Positions 53,551 through 62,761 of a stretch of DNA of 64,000 nt are shown here, one piece after another. A program made the translations under genes and the position numbers. Origin of the DNA: Sulfolobales archaeon. Lineage in GTDB: Archaea > Thermoproteota > Thermoprotei_A > Sulfolobales > AG1. The first letter of the stretch is position 1; the number at the start of each line of letters is the position of its first letter. The notes beneath the pieces are model-generated. The model made no database searches. It was not told where the DNA came from and saw only the letters and a program-made list of their open reading frames with translations. The stretch spans positions 224,001 to 288,000 of the forward strand of contig JAWBYA010000002.1 in assembly GCA_038867615.1 (NCBI GenBank), in the 5' to 3' direction.

Positions 53551-53886
53551 ATTGTTAGATATAATGATGGTTACTGGGCCTCTATTGTTCATGAAAACAG
53601 GTTTACAATAATATCGAGCGATATACCCCCCGTAAGGTGTCCTAGCACTGGTGAATGCTCTCTAGAAGTTGTTGAGCTGGATAGAGAGATCCTGTCTAGG
53701 ATCTCATCGATCCTAGGAATAGGGGTTGAGAAGATCCTCATGCTGTGTGTGAGCCTTATGGGTATCTGCTCTGGCGTAACAATAAAGATCCTGGTCTTGG
53801 GAGAGCCTGGGGAGGTTGTGAAGCTATTCAGCGATAAGAGGGGAGAGGTATTCAGGCTACTGGCTGAGACCTATGGATCCCCGTAG
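53551..53886 (+). CDS. Hypothetical protein (start uncertain)
   Basis: Downstream part of track ORF 53347-53886; overlaps the start of the Nudix gene. Confidence 0.45.
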   Translation: MVRYNDGYWASIVHENRFTIISSDIPPVRCPSTGECSLEVVELDREILSRISSILGIGVEKILMLCVSLMGICSGVTIKILVLGEPGEVVKLFSDKRGEVFRLLAETYGSP

Positions 53887-54421
53887 CCCTATCGACACAA
53901 TACTCGAGGCGATCGATCAAGATAGCTCGGGGGACTGCCTATACCGAGACTACGATGCCGCAGTAGCAATTATATACGAGGCTCCAAGCGATACCCTCAT
54001 ACTAATAGAGAGGATCGAGAGGGAAGGAGATCCCTGGTCAGGCCACATAGCATTCCCAGGAGGCTTTAGAAGAGCAGGCGAGAATAGCTATGAGACAGCT
54101 GTTAGAGAGGCTATGGAGGAGATCCATGCCGACCTCGAGAGAGAGATCCATTTGGGGAGCATGGGCATATGGATCACAAGGGGATCGGTAAGAGTCGTAC
54201 CCCACCTATTCCTTGCAAGAGAACCCCTCAAAACCTCTCCCGGAAGCGAGATCAAAAGGATCCTTAGAATCAGGATCACAGACCTAACCGAAATACCATG
54301 CCCAGAATCCATCCGAGTACCACCATGCCTCCACGCACCCACCTGCGGTAATAAAGTTATATGGGGGCTGACGGCAAGAATATTGGCGAAGTTGATGAAG
54401 CACGAGCGATCTGAGAGGTGA
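53873..54421 (+). CDS. Nudix hydrolase (CoA pyrophosphatase-like)
   Basis: AAVAII, DPWSGHIAFPGG...ETAVREAMEE, VIWGLTA. Confidence 0.9.
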   Translation: MDPRSPIDTILEAIDQDSSGDCLYRDYDAAVAIIYEAPSDTLILIERIEREGDPWSGHIAFPGGFRRAGENSYETAVREAMEEIHADLEREIHLGSMGIWITRGSVRVVPHLFLAREPLKTSPGSEIKRILRIRITDLTEIPCPESIRVPPCLHAPTCGNKVIWGLTARILAKLMKHERSER

Positions 54422-54439
54422 TGTCGCCGGCAACTGATC
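54391..54439 (+). ncRNA. Candidate C/D-box sRNA overlapping the Nudix 3' end
   Basis: TTGATGA(C)-AGCACGAGCGAT-CTGA(D')-GAG-GTGATGT(C')-CGCCGGCAA-CTGA(D). Confidence 0.7.
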
Positions 54440-54516
54440 ATGGTTTACTGTTTACAAGAAACGATATTAAGTTCGTAGCTCTGCAAGAACATAGGCTCTA
54501 TGTATTTATGGTAGAG

Positions 54517-54680
54517 CTGGGGCGAGTTTTTCCACAGCATTGAGTCAGCGAGTATCTATGAAGAGAGGCTGTGGGTTGGGGTTTCTCTGGACGAGTGGAG
54601 GCCGAGGAAGACGAGGAAAAGCGGTTGGTACAAAAATACCAAACCGCAATGAAGCTCGATCCTAGCAACTGATCCCCCAT
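54517..54680 (+). mobile_element. tnpB-3'-end/omegaRNA-like element, copy C
   Basis: CCACAGCATTGAG, GAGGCCGAGGAAG and GCGGTTG...AACCGCAATGAAGC shared with copy A; reads FFHSIE...LWVGVSL. Confidence 0.6.
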
Positions 54681-54759
54681 ATTAACCATTGATGGGTACA
54701 AATGGGTAATGGGTGTTTTTTATATTTTACCACACGTTAAACAAAATAGATGGTGTTTC

Positions 54760-55965
54760 ATGGTAAAGAAAGGTAGCGCTAGACTGGGTTCTGAGATGAT
54801 AACGATTGCCCAGTACTTAATAGATACTGCATATTTTGATGAGATGAAAAACCTGGCACTGGGTATTGGTAAGCACTATGTAGCCCTCGACATGGTTGTG
54901 AGGAGAGTAATTGAGAGAGACTTTCTGGGAATGGGGTTCAGCCCCTATCTAATGAACCTGGATAGATATACTATTGTAGCAACACTCAAAGAGGTACCAA
55001 AAAGCGGGGAGGAGTTCTGGAAAATAGTGTCATCACTACCATATAACGTCTGGCTAAGATACGCGGGGATCCAGCATATACCTAAAAAGACCCTCATAAT
55101 AACGTACATAATACCGGCCAGAAGCTCTATAGATAGTGTTGTGTCCCTCCTCGAAAAACACCCCGCACTAGATCCCAAGAAGGGTATAGAGGTCTATAGA
55201 TTCAGGCATACATTTTACACAAAGCCAAGGAGATTCAGCAGCTACTTCAACAAAGGGGTCTTGATGACCATGAGCAGTGCAAAGAACCTCATAGCCAAAG
55301 AACTAGAGGTGAGAGAACCCGTAGAATCTACAGAGTTTGTGAGGAGAAGAAAAGATCCTATAGATCTATTAGATGTGATAATAATGTCATACCTAGAAGC
55401 AAAATACCTAGTAACACCTGTATGGACATATAGAAAAATTGGTGCTCTAAAATTCCACGAGGAAGTGCTTGAGAAGCACTTCAAGAGACATATAAAGGAT
55501 AGATACTACCTAGGAGTTTATCTAAAGAGACCACCAAACCCAGGGGTAGTTAACACGGTGTTGATAGCTGTGATCAGTGGGAGAGACGCCATAGGACTAG
55601 CATACAGACTAACCAGAACACCATATGCGGCTGCAACCTGCGATCGCGGTAAGAGGAATAAATGCCTTCTCCAGTTCTTCTGCAGAGAAGAAGATCTAGC
55701 AGTAATAACAGAGATCCTGAACACCTATAACATCGATATAGAGAAATACATATTCACATTTCGAGGAACAGGTTCTCCAAGCTTCCATGATAAAAGGACA
55801 CTATCCTTCGCAGCTTATGATGAGAGCTCGAAGAGATGGTTTGGGCTTGATGAGGCTGTTGAGATGGCGCCAAGGATTGTTCCAAGTATAATTAAGAAGT
55901 ATTTTAAACCGGAAAGGATCCCGAGGGAACTTATTCCTCCATGGATGCAGGAGGAATCAAAATAG
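54760..55965 (+). CDS. Divergent tandem wHTH/Lrp-AsnC-like regulator
   Basis: Two wHTH-like halves (LALGIGKHY..; IDLLDVIIMSYLE...HFKRHI) and an RTLSF..YD...W tail; codon style differs from the host. Confidence 0.55.
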   Translation: MVKKGSARLGSEMITIAQYLIDTAYFDEMKNLALGIGKHYVALDMVVRRVIERDFLGMGFSPYLMNLDRYTIVATLKEVPKSGEEFWKIVSSLPYNVWLRYAGIQHIPKKTLIITYIIPARSSIDSVVSLLEKHPALDPKKGIEVYRFRHTFYTKPRRFSSYFNKGVLMTMSSAKNLIAKELEVREPVESTEFVRRRKDPIDLLDVIIMSYLEAKYLVTPVWTYRKIGALKFHEEVLEKHFKRHIKDRYYLGVYLKRPPNPGVVNTVLIAVISGRDAIGLAYRLTRTPYAAATCDRGKRNKCLLQFFCREEDLAVITEILNTYNIDIEKYIFTFRGTGSPSFHDKRTLSFAAYDESSKRWFGLDEAVEMAPRIVPSIIKKYFKPERIPRELIPPWMQEESK

Positions 55966-56123
55966 TATAGTTCTCGTTGCTTAAAACACGACCCAGTTAT
56001 TAGGGTCGCTGAACTGCTTTATCCTGTACATTTTCTCTACGCTCTTAACTCTTTTTGAAACAACTACTTTTTCTATTTCTATTACTTTCATCTATATCAC
56101 CGTAGCTGTGGGTTAGATTTTTG

Positions 56124-56600
56124 TTAGTGTTCAAGTGTGCTGTGTGTAGGGGGGTTATTTGTGTTCTTGACCTTCTTCACTATCTTGATTTCCTCTATTG
56201 CTGTTTGTGGGTATTGTCCTTCTTCGTCTTTCTCGTATTCTTTAACCATGTCCCATATTGTTATTAGTGTTGTTGCTATTGCTGTTAGTGCTTCTATCTC
56301 TACTCCTGTTTTGTATGTTGTTTTTACTCTTGCTCTTGCTTCTATCTCTGTCTCTCCGATCTCTATGTCTATGTTTACTGAGGTTAGTGGTATTGGGTGT
56401 GTTAGTGGTATTATCTCTGGCGTTCTTTTTGCTGCCAGTATTCCTGCTGTTTTTGCTATCGCTACCACGTCTCCTTTTCTTATCTCTCCCCTCTTTATTC
56501 TCTCTATGGTTTCTCTCCTCAGCTTTATCCTCCCCACTGCTTCTGCTTCTCTATAGACCTCTGTCTTGGCTGTTATGTCAACCATGCTCATTCTACTCAC
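56124..56600 (-). CDS. moaC: Cyclic pyranopterin monophosphate synthase
   Basis: MVDITAK, KGDV, AAKRTPEIIPLTHP, TGVEIEAL, IWDMVK. Confidence 0.96.
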   Translation of the reverse strand: MSRMSMVDITAKTEVYREAEAVGRIKLRRETIERIKRGEIRKGDVVAIAKTAGILAAKRTPEIIPLTHPIPLTSVNIDIEIGETEIEARARVKTTYKTGVEIEALTAIATTLITIWDMVKEYEKDEEGQYPQTAIEEIKIVKKVKNTNNPPTHSTLEH

Positions 56601-56871
56601 CTGGTTCTACCGATTCTATTAGGCTTTTCAGGAGCCTTACCCTTATATTACTCCACACGACCCTATATATTCTCATCCTCCCTATGCTTATCTCCTCAAC
56701 CATTCCTAGTCTTGAGAGCTCCTCTAGGTATCTCCTAGCCACGCTGTGGTGAACCCCTGTCTCCCTCGAGATCCTTGTTATATTCGACTCACCAACCGTT
56801 AATAGGTGTCTCAGGATCCTCACCCTAGCCCTGCTTCCAAGGATCTCTTCAAGCTCGCTGCCCCTTACCAC
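56593..56871 (-). CDS. ArsR-like winged-helix protein
   Basis: LEEILGSRARVRIL...NITRISRETG; coupled to cdc6. Confidence 0.8.
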   Translation of the reverse strand: MVRGSELEEILGSRARVRILRHLLTVGESNITRISRETGVHHSVARRYLEELSRLGMVEEISIGRMRIYRVVWSNIRVRLLKSLIESVEPGE

Positions 56872-58093
56872 CGAGCCTCACCTTTATTAGCTCGTCAACC
56901 CTCTTCTCAAGCGGGTCTAGGGGAGCGCCTCCGATCCCTATCATTGTTGTCCTCCCCCTCATACCCTTACCACTAGGCTTGGCCTCAACAATACCCATTC
57001 TCCTCATATTAACAACATACTCGTATAGCTGTGTATGCCTCCTAGGCTTCTCATCATAGAGCCTACATATATCCCTATACTCGTTCTCAACAGAACCCAT
57101 GGTTACATATGGTGCTTGGGATCTCCTGAGGCTTCTTATAAGCGCCTTGAGGACTAGGAGCTCGTGAAGGCTTAGGTATTGCAGAGAGTCCGAGATTGTA
57201 ACAACATCCGGTGCTACATAACCCCTAGCCCTCCTAACATGCTCGACACTAACAACCTGGGATCCCTCGGAATCCGCTGCCTCACCAGCTAGGAGGAGGG
57301 TCTCTATAGCGGCCCTGGCATTCCCAGAACCGCCTTTATCGCTTCCCTCGAGATCCGCTATATAGCCTATAACATCATCCCCAACAGTCCCTGGGTGGAA
57401 GGCCTCATCCCTCCTCTGGCGCAGTATATCCCTAAGCTCTCTAGACCTATATGGCTCGAAGCTAACTATATATCTCGTAACATAGCTATATGTTGCCGAA
57501 TCCACTTTAGAGAGACCCGAGAGGCTCCTCATAATCAATATATAGTTGATCCTCTTGGTGAGCTCGGGATGCTCATCATAAACCCTCATCAGAAAGTAGA
57601 CAGCATCACTCCCAGCAGCGTCTACGAAATAATCGAACTCGTCGAGGACTATTAGGAGAAACGATCTCTGCCTATCTATGTATTGATGAACATAGCCAAA
57701 GATCTCATGGGGTGAGAAACCCCTCTGGGATATGGGTACATCAGCCTGCCTAGCAATCTCGGATACAACCTCATAGAGCGTTCTATCCCTGTGACAGTTT
57801 ATATGGACATACCTAACATCGACACCCCTCCTCCTAGCTATAGACCTGAGCTCCGTACCAAAAACCCTGGTAGTAACAGTCTTCCCAGTCCCCACGCCGC
57901 CTACAACGACGGCCTTTATACTAGCCTCGCCCGGATTGACTATAAGGGGTTTGAAGATCTCGGCGAGCCTTCTCAACTGATTCTCTCTATGGGGTAGGCT
58001 TGGGGGTACATATTCAGGGTAGAGAGCCTCTTTCCTCCTAAATACGGAGGGCTTTATAAAAGCCTCCTCCATTATTCTCCTTGCACTCTCCAG
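56849..58093 (-). CDS. cdc6: Orc1/Cdc6 paralog (Orc1-2 type); start at CTG 58093 or ATG 58072
   Basis: PEYVPPSLPHRE, GGVGTGKT, LDEFD, GNARAAI, GMRGRTT. Confidence 0.95.
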   Translation of the reverse strand: MESARRIMEEAFIKPSVFRRKEALYPEYVPPSLPHRENQLRRLAEIFKPLIVNPGEASIKAVVVGGVGTGKTVTTRVFGTELRSIARRRGVDVRYVHINCHRDRTLYEVVSEIARQADVPISQRGFSPHEIFGYVHQYIDRQRSFLLIVLDEFDYFVDAAGSDAVYFLMRVYDEHPELTKRINYILIMRSLSGLSKVDSATYSYVTRYIVSFEPYRSRELRDILRQRRDEAFHPGTVGDDVIGYIADLEGSDKGGSGNARAAIETLLLAGEAADSEGSQVVSVEHVRRARGYVAPDVVTISDSLQYLSLHELLVLKALIRSLRRSQAPYVTMGSVENEYRDICRLYDEKPRRHTQLYEYVVNMRRMGIVEAKPSGKGMRGRTTMIGIGGAPLDPLEKRVDELIKVRLGGKGQRA

Positions 58094-58321
58094 AGAAGCC
58101 CCTTATAGAGGATCGTACTGAGGTATATATTCTACATGGGTGGCCAAAACTTTCATTCACGATATGCTATGTATTACCATGGCTCGTAATATAGCGAGCC
58201 CAGTCGATCCTGAGTGGAGGCTAAGCAGCACCTCGAAGTAATACGAACACCCATATAGATCTATGTATACTTTTGTGCACAAAAGAGTTTTTAGGCAGCA
58301 TATCTGATTATAAAGGGAGCC

Positions 58322-58906
58322 TTGTCAACCCCCAAGAGATTCGTACCGGTTTCTGAAAGCATATTGAGAGAGGCTATGAGGATCTCTGAGAGAAGTGGCG
58401 TGCCTGTCAGAGACCTCGTAGAAAAGATCCTAGATACTGTCGTTGGTTATATGAGGTACAAACCAGACCTCCTAGAAGCAATCCACATGCTCGACGCGCT
58501 AGAGGATCTCAGAAGGATAGGGTGTGTGATGCTCCCACAAAGCATTGTGAAAAAGATCCTAGAGGCAGCGCCTGAGAGCGATTTTAGAGAGATAGTAGAG
58601 GAACTGGGTAAAGCAGCAGCATGGTATGGTGTTGTTGCCAAGGCTAAGAGAGGAGCCAATATAGATGATATCCAGGTGGCGCTCCAGATATGGTTACCAA
58701 ACATAGATATACATATAACCAAGATTGAGAATAACCCCGGAAAGTTTAAGCTGGTTATATCACCTCCCCTCAACATATCCTCAGAGAGACTCTCAGCGAT
58801 CCTAGAGACTATTGTGAAGAACATTGTAGCCTCGATGGGGGGTAGCATATCGAGCATATCAAACTCAAGCGGCGTTATATCGATGGTGATAAGCATTGCC
58901 GAGTAG
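58322..58906 (+). CDS. Hypothetical protein with N-terminal ribbon-helix-helix-like domain
   Basis: KRFVPVSESILREAMRISERSGVPVRDLVEKIL. Confidence 0.65.
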   Translation: MSTPKRFVPVSESILREAMRISERSGVPVRDLVEKILDTVVGYMRYKPDLLEAIHMLDALEDLRRIGCVMLPQSIVKKILEAAPESDFREIVEELGKAAAWYGVVAKAKRGANIDDIQVALQIWLPNIDIHITKIENNPGKFKLVISPPLNISSERLSAILETIVKNIVASMGGSISSISNSSGVISMVISIAE

Positions 58907-59456
58907 GAGAACCGTTGGGCTTGACAGAGATCTTATGGAAAAGCTGAAAGAAGTGACGAGAAAAAGAGGCATGGGCCTGTCACCATATCTTAGGAAGCTT
59001 TTATCAGAAGCAATAGAGCTCGAGAGACTTGGTTACTACGCTCCAAGGGCCCTTAAGGAGAAAAGGATCCAGGTTCTTTTGGAGATGTTTAACTTCTACT
59101 ATGTACCCTCCGATATAAATGTCAACAAGGACCCCAGGGCCTATGGGAGGAGACTGGGAGAGGCTATGAAGGAGATAGGGGGCGATGTATACTCAGTAAT
59201 AGAGTATCTAGGGCTTATGCATAAAATAGCTATCGCGCATGATGATAGGATAACTATAGTCAACACTGGAGGAATCGGAGAGGGAAACGCGCAGAAAACA
59301 ATAATAGCAGAGATCTTGAAAGGCATGGCTGAAGGCTCAGGACTGCCGATCGAAGAGCGCGGGGCGACAGCAATTATAGAGATGCCGAAAGAGCTTAAAG
59401 AGGAGCTGAGGAGAAAAGCCCAGAATGAGATCGAGAGGCAGAGGGGGAGGAGGTAA
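58896..59456 (+). CDS. Hypothetical protein with N-terminal ribbon-helix-helix-like domain
   Basis: RRTVGLDRDLMEKLKEVTRKRGMGLSPYLRKLL; overlaps the preceding gene. Confidence 0.7.
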   Translation: MPSRRTVGLDRDLMEKLKEVTRKRGMGLSPYLRKLLSEAIELERLGYYAPRALKEKRIQVLLEMFNFYYVPSDINVNKDPRAYGRRLGEAMKEIGGDVYSVIEYLGLMHKIAIAHDDRITIVNTGGIGEGNAQKTIIAEILKGMAEGSGLPIEERGATAIIEMPKELKEELRRKAQNEIERQRGRR

Positions 59457-59515
59457 TATCAATAACATCGAGCCGGGTTTAAAAAATAAGAAGATATAGA
59501 GACCATGAGATCCTC

Positions 59516-62077
59516 CTATCTAGCGTAGAGCGCGTTGAAGAACAGCTTAAACGTACCATGGGTCTGGGCCCTGAATATTGGTCTGAAGCCATAGAGCAGA
59601 GCCCTACCCTTGCCAACCCTAGCCTCTATAAGGGCTGGCTTCCTGCTAAGGATATTCTCTCCTATGAGCCACCCGCTCCTCAGTATATCCCTCTCTGGAT
59701 AGGTTACAACAGATACGTAGTCCTCGTTATTATGGGATGGTATGACCTCTAGCACGGGTTTGTCGACAAGCATTATATAGGCTATCCTCGGCATTCCATA
59801 GCCCAGTGGATGCTCCATATTCACGACTGCTCTGAGCATAGATCCTGGGCAGAAGAACTGCCTCGTATCAGTTATCTCCTCAGTCAAATCTCTTACCGCG
59901 AGACCTAGACCCTTGTAGGCAAGCTCCACAGCGCTGCCCATCATTATTATCTCACCACCGCTCTCTACAAACTCCTTAAGCCTCTGGATCCCCTCCTTAC
60001 CAAAACCACTCCTATACTCCGGCGGGTAGGGTGGGAGCTTGAATGGCCTCTTTAACCTCTTGCTCATCTCCTCCTCTATATTCTCGCCAACCATCATTGG
60101 GAGGGTATCGTCGGGGAATACTATGGTGTCTACATACTCTCTCAGCTTTCCACTCTTTATAACATCATCCCTTATGATCGTGTATTGATAGCCGTAGTTG
60201 TCGAGAACATATCTAGTCCAGCCCTCCTCCATGTTGCCTCCATAGTATCTCTGATAGATACCTATCCTCAGCATCTTTACCTCGTAGTGGTTTGGATAGC
60301 TTGCGAGGAGATCCCTGTTAACAGCTATTGGCTGAACACCGACCTGTGAGGCAGCCTCTAACAGGAGATCGTATGTGTTTCCAGAATCCTCAACATAGAA
60401 TGCACCTGGGGGTATCTCCACACCACCAGCCTCGATCCCATCCCTAAACCTCCAGATCTTCACACCAGCAGCCAAGAGCCTATTAACAACTCTGTAGGAG
60501 TCGTTAAGCCTTGGATCTATAACATATCCATGAGCCTTCTCAAGCCTCACCGCCGGCGGGGCTACCGATGATATCTGGGCAATCTTAGCGCTGATGGGCT
60601 CTGTGACCTCTATAACCGTAACACCCATGAAATCAGCAACAGTATCTGTAGCTATGTCATAAGGCCTCACGGGCTTGCCATCCTTATCCCTCGTGACATC
60701 TATATCTGGGTATAGGTATCTCTCAAGAAGCCTCTTAGCCAGAGGCCTCCTCGGCTGTGAGAGTGGGACTAGATAGCTACCCTCGGGATATATTACAGAT
60801 CCGGCTTTAATTGGCTCAAGCACCCTATAGATCTTCACGCCGAGCTTTAGCAAGAGATCTATAAGCTTCAGAGTCGTTAGAGGATCATGCCCACCCTCCG
60901 GTATTATGAAGCCATATGGAGGCTCTCTAAGACCTCTCTCAATATTCCTCAAAGCCTTTAGATAAGCGTTTCTCAGAAACATCTCTCTATTGATTGCCAC
61001 TGCATAGAGGATTGCTATCGATGATAAGAGCTGCTGCCTAACAATATCGCTAAGCCTCCACCACCCACCTGGCCATGGGTTCGGGTAGTTCATATAAGGT
61101 CTATCGGCAAACCTACCCCTCCCATAACCCCTTAGCTGGTGTGGATGTATATAGATCGGTGTTGCTATCTTCGCCGAAGCAGACTCAGTAAGGATCCCAA
61201 CTATATTCATGAAATAAGCTATGGTCTGGAAGGCCGAGACAAAGTCGGGCGTGAAGGGTGCTCCTGTCTCAACACCCCTTATACCCTCCATCTCAAGCCT
61301 TGTAGCAGCATATGTTCCGAGGAACTGTGTCTCCCTCCAAGTTATTGGGTCGACGTCTGGGTATATGGGATCCATCTCTGGTGAGAGGAAGAACCTCGCT
61401 CCATAGCTACCCATGTGGTGGTGATCTATATATACCTGGGGACACCAATCGTGGTAGGCTATCTTTGCAAAGAACCTGCTCTCGACAAGGTTGAGCATAT
61501 AGGCGTCTCTATTATTATCATGCCCACAGTATGTGTGGTAGAGCCATGGTAGCGGTGTCCCCTCATACTCTGTCCCTAGGTATTTATTATAGTAATCAAC
61601 AACCATAACCTGCCCGTCTGGGTTGAAGGACGGGAATAGTATCACAACAACGTTCTCAAGGATCTTGAGGGTCTCTTCATCGTTGGAAGAGGCTAGCCTA
61701 TAGAGGAGCTCAATACTAGTCTGGGTACCCCCAACCTCTGTGGCATGGATACTGTTGGTTATAACAACAACAGCCCTCCCCTCACTAACGAGCTTCTCAA
61801 GCTCCTCTCTTTCCAGGGGTTTATCAGGGTTAGCAAGTTTGCATGAGATCTCCCTTATCCTCTCCAGCCTCTCCATATTCTCAGGCGATGATATGAAGGC
61901 AACTATAAAGCTATTACCCCCCGGGGTCTTGCCCATCTCTATAACCTTAACCCTGTTGCTCTCAGAAGCTACCTTATAGTAGTACTCAACAATCCTATCC
62001 CATCTAGCAAGCTTTCTATCCTCGCCTATCTTGAAGCCGAAGAACTCTTCAGGTCTCGTTACCAAACAAAACACCAT
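59516..62077 (-). CDS. M14 zinc carboxypeptidase with C-terminal GATase-like domain
   Basis: IHATE, NPDG, DNNRD, DHHHM; C-terminal EEGWTRYVL...GFRPIFRAQTHGTFKLFFNAL. Confidence 0.88.
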   Translation of the reverse strand: MVFCLVTRPEEFFGFKIGEDRKLARWDRIVEYYYKVASESNRVKVIEMGKTPGGNSFIVAFISSPENMERLERIREISCKLANPDKPLEREELEKLVSEGRAVVVITNSIHATEVGGTQTSIELLYRLASSNDEETLKILENVVVILFPSFNPDGQVMVVDYYNKYLGTEYEGTPLPWLYHTYCGHDNNRDAYMLNLVESRFFAKIAYHDWCPQVYIDHHHMGSYGARFFLSPEMDPIYPDVDPITWRETQFLGTYAATRLEMEGIRGVETGAPFTPDFVSAFQTIAYFMNIVGILTESASAKIATPIYIHPHQLRGYGRGRFADRPYMNYPNPWPGGWWRLSDIVRQQLLSSIAILYAVAINREMFLRNAYLKALRNIERGLREPPYGFIIPEGGHDPLTTLKLIDLLLKLGVKIYRVLEPIKAGSVIYPEGSYLVPLSQPRRPLAKRLLERYLYPDIDVTRDKDGKPVRPYDIATDTVADFMGVTVIEVTEPISAKIAQISSVAPPAVRLEKAHGYVIDPRLNDSYRVVNRLLAAGVKIWRFRDGIEAGGVEIPPGAFYVEDSGNTYDLLLEAASQVGVQPIAVNRDLLASYPNHYEVKMLRIGIYQRYYGGNMEEGWTRYVLDNYGYQYTIIRDDVIKSGKLREYVDTIVFPDDTLPMMVGENIEEEMSKRLKRPFKLPPYPPEYRSGFGKEGIQRLKEFVESGGEIIMMGSAVELAYKGLGLAVRDLTEEITDTRQFFCPGSMLRAVVNMEHPLGYGMPRIAYIMLVDKPVLEVIPSHNNEDYVSVVTYPERDILRSGWLIGENILSRKPALIEARVGKGRALLYGFRPIFRAQTHGTFKLFFNALYAR

Positions 62078-62461
62078 GGTGTTGTACTATAGTTAAGATA
62101 TATCCTTACCTCTAGATCTTTAGCATCATCATAGATAAACAGGAATAGAAAGCCGGCTAGCGACGCATTACAGATCATAGAGACCTATCGATAATCACTA
62201 GACAGACCCACAGCTCTACAACAATGCTTCATAGCCCATACCAGACTCTAATAGCTATACAGACATAGCCGTTGAAGCACCATCATAATGACCTAGAAGC
62301 TAGAACTATACTCAGAGAGCAGAGTGCATCGTTAATAAACCGTTAACTCATATATTCCGCTAAACCTTAGCAATGCTACAACGCTACAGGCTCGATTCCG
62401 TGGGGATCGGGGTAACGTCCAAGAAACAATAGTTACCAAAGAACCATCTGATTTTGGAGAC

Positions 62462-62716
62462 TCATTTCTCAAGCCCTGTACCTACTCTTTTATAGTTGAG
62501 GTTAACGGCCTTCGTATCTTCGCCTATGCTTTCGACGTTGACAAAGCCGTTTATCTCAAGGTATAGTAGGAGTGATACGAACTCCTTGTATGACATATCA
62601 TAGCTCTTCCTCAAATGCTCATACAGCTCTCTATCCTTCATCGCCCCTCCTCTCTCTAGCAAGAGCTCTATAGCCCTTCTAGCAACAAGGTGTTTTGAGA
62701 ACACCAAAGACCCCAC
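62462..62716 (-). CDS. Small winged-helix protein
   Basis: MKDRELYEHL...LLYLEINGFVNV; downstream of cdc48. Confidence 0.7.
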   Translation of the reverse strand: MGSLVFSKHLVARRAIELLLERGGAMKDRELYEHLRKSYDMSYKEFVSLLLYLEINGFVNVESIGEDTKAVNLNYKRVGTGLEK

Positions 62717-62761
62717 CCCGGAGTCACATTACTTCTTAAACAATAAACTGTGTGTTGGTTT

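Noticed and set aside
54760-55965. The ~400-aa protein next to element C as an RNA-guided nuclease (TnpB/IscB size)
   Set aside because: No RuvC II/III, HNH or TnpB zinc finger is recognisable; VALDM falls within a wHTH-like helix pattern.
56258-56752. Leucine-rich 164-aa ORF
   Set aside because: Artefact of the T-rich antisense strand of the A-skewed moaC.
62090-62460. 370-bp non-coding gap as an RNA gene or the missing tRNA 3' half
   Set aside because: No tRNA arm, box motif set, or complement to the trailer found on either strand.
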